Source of the DNA: Candidatus Nanopusillus sp.
GTDB lineage: Archaea > Nanobdellota > Nanobdellia > Nanobdellales > Nanobdellaceae
Assembly: GCA_046536775.1 (NCBI GenBank)
Contig: JAWDMD010000019.1
Coordinates: forward strand, 1-8,492
Reading direction: 5' to 3'
Length of the DNA: 8,492 bases
This document shows, in pieces, positions 5,871 through 8,492 of the stretch. Every line of letters begins with the position of its first letter. Position 1 is the first letter of the stretch. Below the pieces are notes generated by a model. That model saw only the letters and a list, made by a program, of their open reading frames with translations. It was not told where the DNA came from and ran no database searches. A program made the position numbers and the translations under genes.

Positions 5871-7063
5871 TAATTTCCTTAGGAATAGAATCTACTGCTC
5901 ATACTTATTCAATTGGAGTTGTTGATGAGAATGGAAATATATATTCTAATGAGAGAATAATATATAAAAGTGAGAAAGGAGGAATACATCCAAGAGAAGC
6001 TGCAGAGTTGCATTCAAAAGAGAGTATTAATATTTTAAGAAATTCTGTATGGAAAGCTGGATTTGTTTTTAAGAAATTAAATGGTAAATTTTATATTGTA
6101 GATATATTATATGAAATAAAAAATAAATTAGAAGGATCCGAAGAAATATTTTTTGATGAACCATGGAACAGAAAAAGATACATAATATACAATAATAGTA
6201 GAATATGGATTGAAAATAATAAAATAGTTTCTGATAATAAAGAATTAGAAAATAGTTTAAATTTATATATAAACAATTTAAATAATTTTGAAAGAAAAAT
6301 AAATTTAATTTCATATTCTGCTGGACCTGGTTTATATCCGACATTAGTTCAGGCATATTTTAGTGGTAAATTATTTTCCAAGATATTTAATTCAAATTTA
6401 GTTGGAGTAAATCATTTAATAGCACATGCTGAAATTGTTAAATTATATAATAAATTTACTAATCCCCTAATTCTATTGGTTTCAGGGGCAAATACAATGT
6501 TATTGTCTTTTGAAGGGAATAAATATAGAATTGTTGGAGAGACTTTGGATACAGGTGTAGGAAACTTTTTAGACAAGGTTGGTAGATTATTAAACATCGG
6601 ATTTCCTGCTGGTCCAAAGATTGAAGAATTATCAAAAAAAGGAAAAAATCTAATAAAATTACCATATTCTGTTAAAGGAATGGATATTCAGTTGGGGGGA
6701 ATATATACGTATATAAAAAATCTAATAAAAAAAGAAAATATTGATATAAATGACTTATCATATTCTATTCAAGAATATGTATTTTCAATGTTAGCAGAAA
6801 TATCTGAAAGAGGGTTATCTTTATTAGATAAAAAAGAATTTGGATTAACTGGTGGAGTTGCTGTAAATAAAAGATTACAAGAAATTTTATATTTAATGTG
6901 TAACGAAAGGAATGTAAAATTTGGGACTGTTCCCTTGGATTTAGGAAATGATAATGGTGCGATGATTGCATGGACTGGAATATTATGGTATAAAAATGAT
7001 ATGAATATAATTGATGGGATTAATCCATATTGGAGGCCCGAAGATATTGAATATAAAATTTAA
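5867..7063 (+). CDS. kae1: tRNA N6-adenosine threonylcarbamoyltransferase Kae1 (KEOPS catalytic subunit, Kae1/TsaD family) with a lineage-specific insertion
   Basis: Matching motifs: 'LGIESTAHT', 'KGGIHPREAAELH', 'ISYSAGPG', 'VGVNHLIAHAE' (HxxxH metal site), 'VSGANT', 'GETLDTGVGNFLDK', 'GFPAGPKIE', 'LPYSVKGMD', 'LTGGVAVNKRLQE', 'GNDNGAMIAW'. At 398 aa it is about 70 aa longer than typical stand-alone Kae1. The excess is one block between 'WKAGF' and 'INLISYSAGPG'. There is no Bud32 kinase domain. Confidence 0.9.
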   Translation: MIISLGIESTAHTYSIGVVDENGNIYSNERIIYKSEKGGIHPREAAELHSKESINILRNSVWKAGFVFKKLNGKFYIVDILYEIKNKLEGSEEIFFDEPWNRKRYIIYNNSRIWIENNKIVSDNKELENSLNLYINNLNNFERKINLISYSAGPGLYPTLVQAYFSGKLFSKIFNSNLVGVNHLIAHAEIVKLYNKFTNPLILLVSGANTMLLSFEGNKYRIVGETLDTGVGNFLDKVGRLLNIGFPAGPKIEELSKKGKNLIKLPYSVKGMDIQLGGIYTYIKNLIKKENIDINDLSYSIQEYVFSMLAEISERGLSLLDKKEFGLTGGVAVNKRLQEILYLMCNERNVKFGTVPLDLGNDNGAMIAWTGILWYKNDMNIIDGINPYWRPEDIEYKI

Positions 7064-7066
7064 ATA
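7059..7066 (+). promoter_or_regulatory. TATA-box-like element (TTTAAATA) upstream of the L29-like/SUI1/Rnp1 unit
   Basis: 'tttaaata' at 7059-7066 overlaps the Kae1 TAA stop and lies 26-33 nt upstream of the ATG at 7092. Specificity is low in AT-rich DNA. Confidence 0.3.
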
Positions 7067-7091
7067 TTATATTGTGAATCATTATATTATA

Positions 7092-7226
7092 ATGGTGGAT
7101 CAGAACACCCTGTTGGAATTAATAAAATTGAGAAGTAACGCAAGAAGAAAAAATTTAGGAAATAATACAAAAGCAATAAAAGAAATAAGAAAGAAAATGG
7201 CCAGAGAAAATATTGTTGTGGGATGA
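7092..7226 (+). CDS. rpl29: Miniature ribosomal protein L29 (uL29)-like ORF, 44 aa
   Basis: 'LELIKLRSNARRKNLGNNTKAIKEIRKKMARENIV' aligns with a one-residue gap to the uL29 core 'ELxxLRxxxAxGxxxNPxRIxEIRRxIARIKTV'. Its position directly upstream of SUI1 and RNase P component 1 is where L29 sits in archaeal S10/spc clusters. Its TGA overlaps the SUI1 ATG (ATGA). The track start (TTG 7011, ATG 7014) would overlap Kae1 by about 50 nt and adds a non-L29-like N-terminus, so I prefer ATG 7092. Confidence 0.45.
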   Translation: MVDQNTLLELIKLRSNARRKNLGNNTKAIKEIRKKMARENIVVG

Positions 7227-7537
7227 AAAAGAAACTTTTCTCAGGTCTTCCAATAGATTTAGAGAATACAACTAAAGAAATAGAGAAAGAGTTTCAGAAG
7301 ATTATCGTAAGAGCCGAGAAGAGAAGTTATGGAAAAATTGTTACGATTTTAGAAGGTATAGATCCATCTATTGCAAAGGAAACATTAAAGAGTTTAAAAC
7401 AAAAGTTGAGCTGTGGGGGAACATATAAGGATAATTTAATAGAATTGCAGGGGGATCATAGAGAAAAAATAAAAAGAACATTATTGGATTTGGGTTTTAA
7501 GGAAGAAAATATAGAAATATCTAATGAAATTGAATAA
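7223..7537 (+). CDS. sui1: Translation initiation factor aIF1 / SUI1 family protein
   Basis: 'EFQKIIVRAEKRSYGKIVTILEGID', 'LKSLKQKLSCGGTYKDNLIELQGDHREKIKRTLLDLGF' and 'IEI' are co-linear with archaeal SUI1 (QKIKIxxxKRRFGKxxTIIEGxD ... CACGGTVKDNxIELQGDHRxKV ... GF). Confidence 0.92.
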   Translation: MKKKLFSGLPIDLENTTKEIEKEFQKIIVRAEKRSYGKIVTILEGIDPSIAKETLKSLKQKLSCGGTYKDNLIELQGDHREKIKRTLLDLGFKEENIEISNEIE

Positions 7538-7802
7538 ATATTTTTTATCTTATGAATTTATTGGGTTAAATGTAGAAGTATATGATTGTAAAATAAAAAG
7601 TTTGATAGGTATTTATGGAGAGATAATAGATGAAACAAAAAATACATTTTATATAAAGAGTAAAGATAAAATATATGTAGTTCCAAAGGTTATATCAAAA
7701 TTTATTTTTTACTTTAATGATTATTCAATTTTTTTGGATGGAAAATTAATAGATAAGAGGCCATGGGAAAGGCTAAAGGTAAATATAAAGAAGAAAGTAT
7801 AA
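7524..7802 (+). CDS. rnp1: Ribonuclease P protein component 1 (Rpp29/Pop4 homologue)
   Basis: 'EFIGLNVEVYDCKIKSLIGIYGEIIDETKNTFYIKSKDKIYVVPKVISKFIF...LDGKLIDKRPWERLK' matches the archaeal Rnp1 pattern (ELIGLxVxV...GIxGxVVDETxNTLxI...VPKxxxxFxF...IDGxxLxxRPEERxK). It has the only in-frame ATG and overlaps the SUI1 3' end by 14 nt. Confidence 0.9.
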   Translation: MKLNKYFLSYEFIGLNVEVYDCKIKSLIGIYGEIIDETKNTFYIKSKDKIYVVPKVISKFIFYFNDYSIFLDGKLIDKRPWERLKVNIKKKV

Positions 7803-7804
7803 GG

Positions 7805-7812
7805 TTTATATA
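7805..7812 (+). promoter_or_regulatory. TATA-box-like element (TTTATATA) upstream of the pilin-like gene
   Basis: Perfect TTTAWATA match at 7805-7812, 23-30 nt upstream of the ATG at 7835. The octamer and spacing resemble those upstream of the minus-strand gene at 5407. This is consistent with leaderless transcription but has low specificity in this composition. Confidence 0.35.
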
Positions 7813-7834
7813 TTACTAAAATTTTAAATATATT

Positions 7835-8335
7835 ATGAGAATAAAAGCTGTATCCCCTTTGATTGCAACAATTATATTAATTGCTCTGACAGTAGCTCTA
7901 GGTGCAATTATAGTTGGATGGGCAAGAGGTTATGTTGGTAGTCAAGTTACAAATCTAGGTGCTCAGGTTCAAATACTACAAGTAATTTATAATAGTTCAA
8001 ATGGTGATATATCTATCTTAGCTCAAAACATAGGATCTACGCAATTAGTTGCAAATAATCTTTTAGTAACGTTTTCTTCTACTAATGGAAAAAGTCAAAA
8101 ATGTCCTTTAGTTTTAAGTAGTAATACTGGAGGATATTTGGAGTGTTATGTGTATAATATAACAGATCCATCATCTACCAATCCATATATAAATGGTACA
8201 ATACCTCAAAATTCTCTATTTCTTATAAATATGACAGTTAATATGAATAGTTTTGGAATAAATTCTTTAAGTGGTTCTACTATTTATGTATATTATTATG
8301 ATAATCCAATATCTAATGGATATACACTATCATGA
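7835..8335 (+). CDS. Archaeal type IV pilin-like protein (class III signal peptide, DUF361/archaeal flagellin N-terminal-like domain)
   Basis: The N-terminus 'MRIKA|VSPLIATIILIALTVALGAIIVGW' has a short basic leader, then K-A before the predicted prepilin peptidase site, then the 'SP(V/L)IATxxLIAxTVxL' hydrophobic helix typical of archaeal pilins. The rest is S/T/N-rich with sequons NSS, NIT, NGT and NMT. Stop is TGA at 8333-8335. Confidence 0.8.
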   Translation: MRIKAVSPLIATIILIALTVALGAIIVGWARGYVGSQVTNLGAQVQILQVIYNSSNGDISILAQNIGSTQLVANNLLVTFSSTNGKSQKCPLVLSSNTGGYLECYVYNITDPSSTNPYINGTIPQNSLFLINMTVNMNSFGINSLSGSTIYVYYYDNPISNGYTLS

Positions 8336-8345
8336 TTTACTTTTT
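8336..8345 (+). terminator. T-rich tract (TTTACTTTTT) immediately after the pilin-like gene stop
   Basis: Oligo-T archaeal-type termination signal directly after the TGA. Weak call in AT-rich DNA. Confidence 0.3.
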
Positions 8346-8391
8346 AGTAGTTAATTAAAAGAATAAATAATTTCTATAAATATATTCATTT

Positions 8392-8492
8392 ATGGAAATT
8401 AAATCTGCAAAAGCGAGAGTTGTTTTAAATTCTAGAGGAGATCCTACAATAGAAATTGAAATAAATGGACATTCAGAGGCTGCTCCAGAGGG
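8392..8492 (+). CDS. eno: Enolase (phosphopyruvate hydratase), 3'-partial, N-terminal 33 codons only
   Basis: ATG at 8392. 'MEIKSAKARVVLNSRGDPTIEIEINGHSEAAPEG' matches the enolase N-terminal signature 'IxxVxAREVLDSRGNPTVEVEV...G...AxVPSG'. It runs off the right edge. Confidence 0.8.
   Translation, partial: MEIKSAKARVVLNSRGDPTIEIEINGHSEAAPE

Noticed and set aside
6065-6298. Kae1 insertion as an intein or an intron
   Set aside because: There is no Cys/Ser at the N-terminal junction and no His-Asn plus Cys/Ser/Thr at the C-terminal junction. About 75 aa is well below mini-intein size. The frame is continuous, and I saw no bulge-helix-bulge-like GC-rich pairing.
2946-6971. Remaining short minus-strand ORFs (2946..3131, 3723..3965, 5637..5867, 6069..6356, 6091..6276, 6412..6597, 6459..6665, 6765..6971)
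   Set aside because: Each is fully nested antisense within a confidently identified + strand gene and translates to low-complexity hydrophobic sequence. They are shadow ORFs.
7011-7091. Longer 71-aa version of the small ORF (TTG 7011 / ATG 7014)
   Set aside because: It overlaps the Kae1 3' end by about 50 nt, and the extra residues (MGLIHIGGPKILNIKFKYYIVNHYII) have no L29-like character. ATG 7092 sits at a sensible distance from a TTTAAATA box.
7064-7091. Direct repeat 'attatatt' occurring twice in the Kae1/L29 intergenic spacer
   Set aside because: An 8-mer of pure A/T recurring within 17 nt is expected by chance at this base composition.
7223-7300. SUI1 lacks the N-terminal CxxC...CxC zinc knuckle seen in, for example, Methanocaldococcus aIF1 ('LFSGLPIDLENTT' here)
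   Set aside because: As I recall, the zinc knuckle is not universal among archaeal aIF1 proteins (crenarchaeal versions also lack it), so this is lineage variation rather than an anomaly.
1-8492. tRNA, split-tRNA halves or other structured RNA genes
   Set aside because: Intergenic gaps are all 75 nt or shorter. The only locally GC-enriched patches (for example 2355-2400, 3190-3220, 7850-7990 and 8400-8492) are codons for conserved Gly/Ala/Pro motifs inside CDSs. I found no cloverleaf-capable GC-rich island.

Overview
Very AT-rich (about one quarter G+C by eye, not computed), tightly packed archaeal locus. It is almost entirely housekeeping and looks most like a reduced DPANN/Nanoarchaeota-type genome; that placement is inferred from composition, compaction and a fragmented ribosomal operon. 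Gene order: 5'-partial surface beta-helix glycoprotein (+), sugar-phosphate nucleotidyltransferase (+), aIF5B (+), a 157-aa inorganic-pyrophosphatase-like protein with degenerate active-site motifs (-), ribosomal protein S6e (+), Kae1 with a ~75-aa insertion (+), a miniature L29-like ORF (+), SUI1/aIF1 (+), RNase P protein component 1 (+), a type IV pilin-like protein with a class III signal peptide (+), and the 5' end of enolase (+). I found no tRNA, rRNA, CRISPR array, transposase, integrase or recognisable defence gene, and no convincing multi-gene novel system. The items most worth a second look are single-gene oddities. These are the PPase-fold candidate pseudoenzyme, the insertion in Kae1, a 44-aa L29 remnant in an L29-SUI1-Rnp1 fragment detached from the ribosomal-protein cluster, and the sequon-rich surface protein plus orphan pilin. 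All homology calls are hand alignments against family sequences recalled from memory and need database confirmation.
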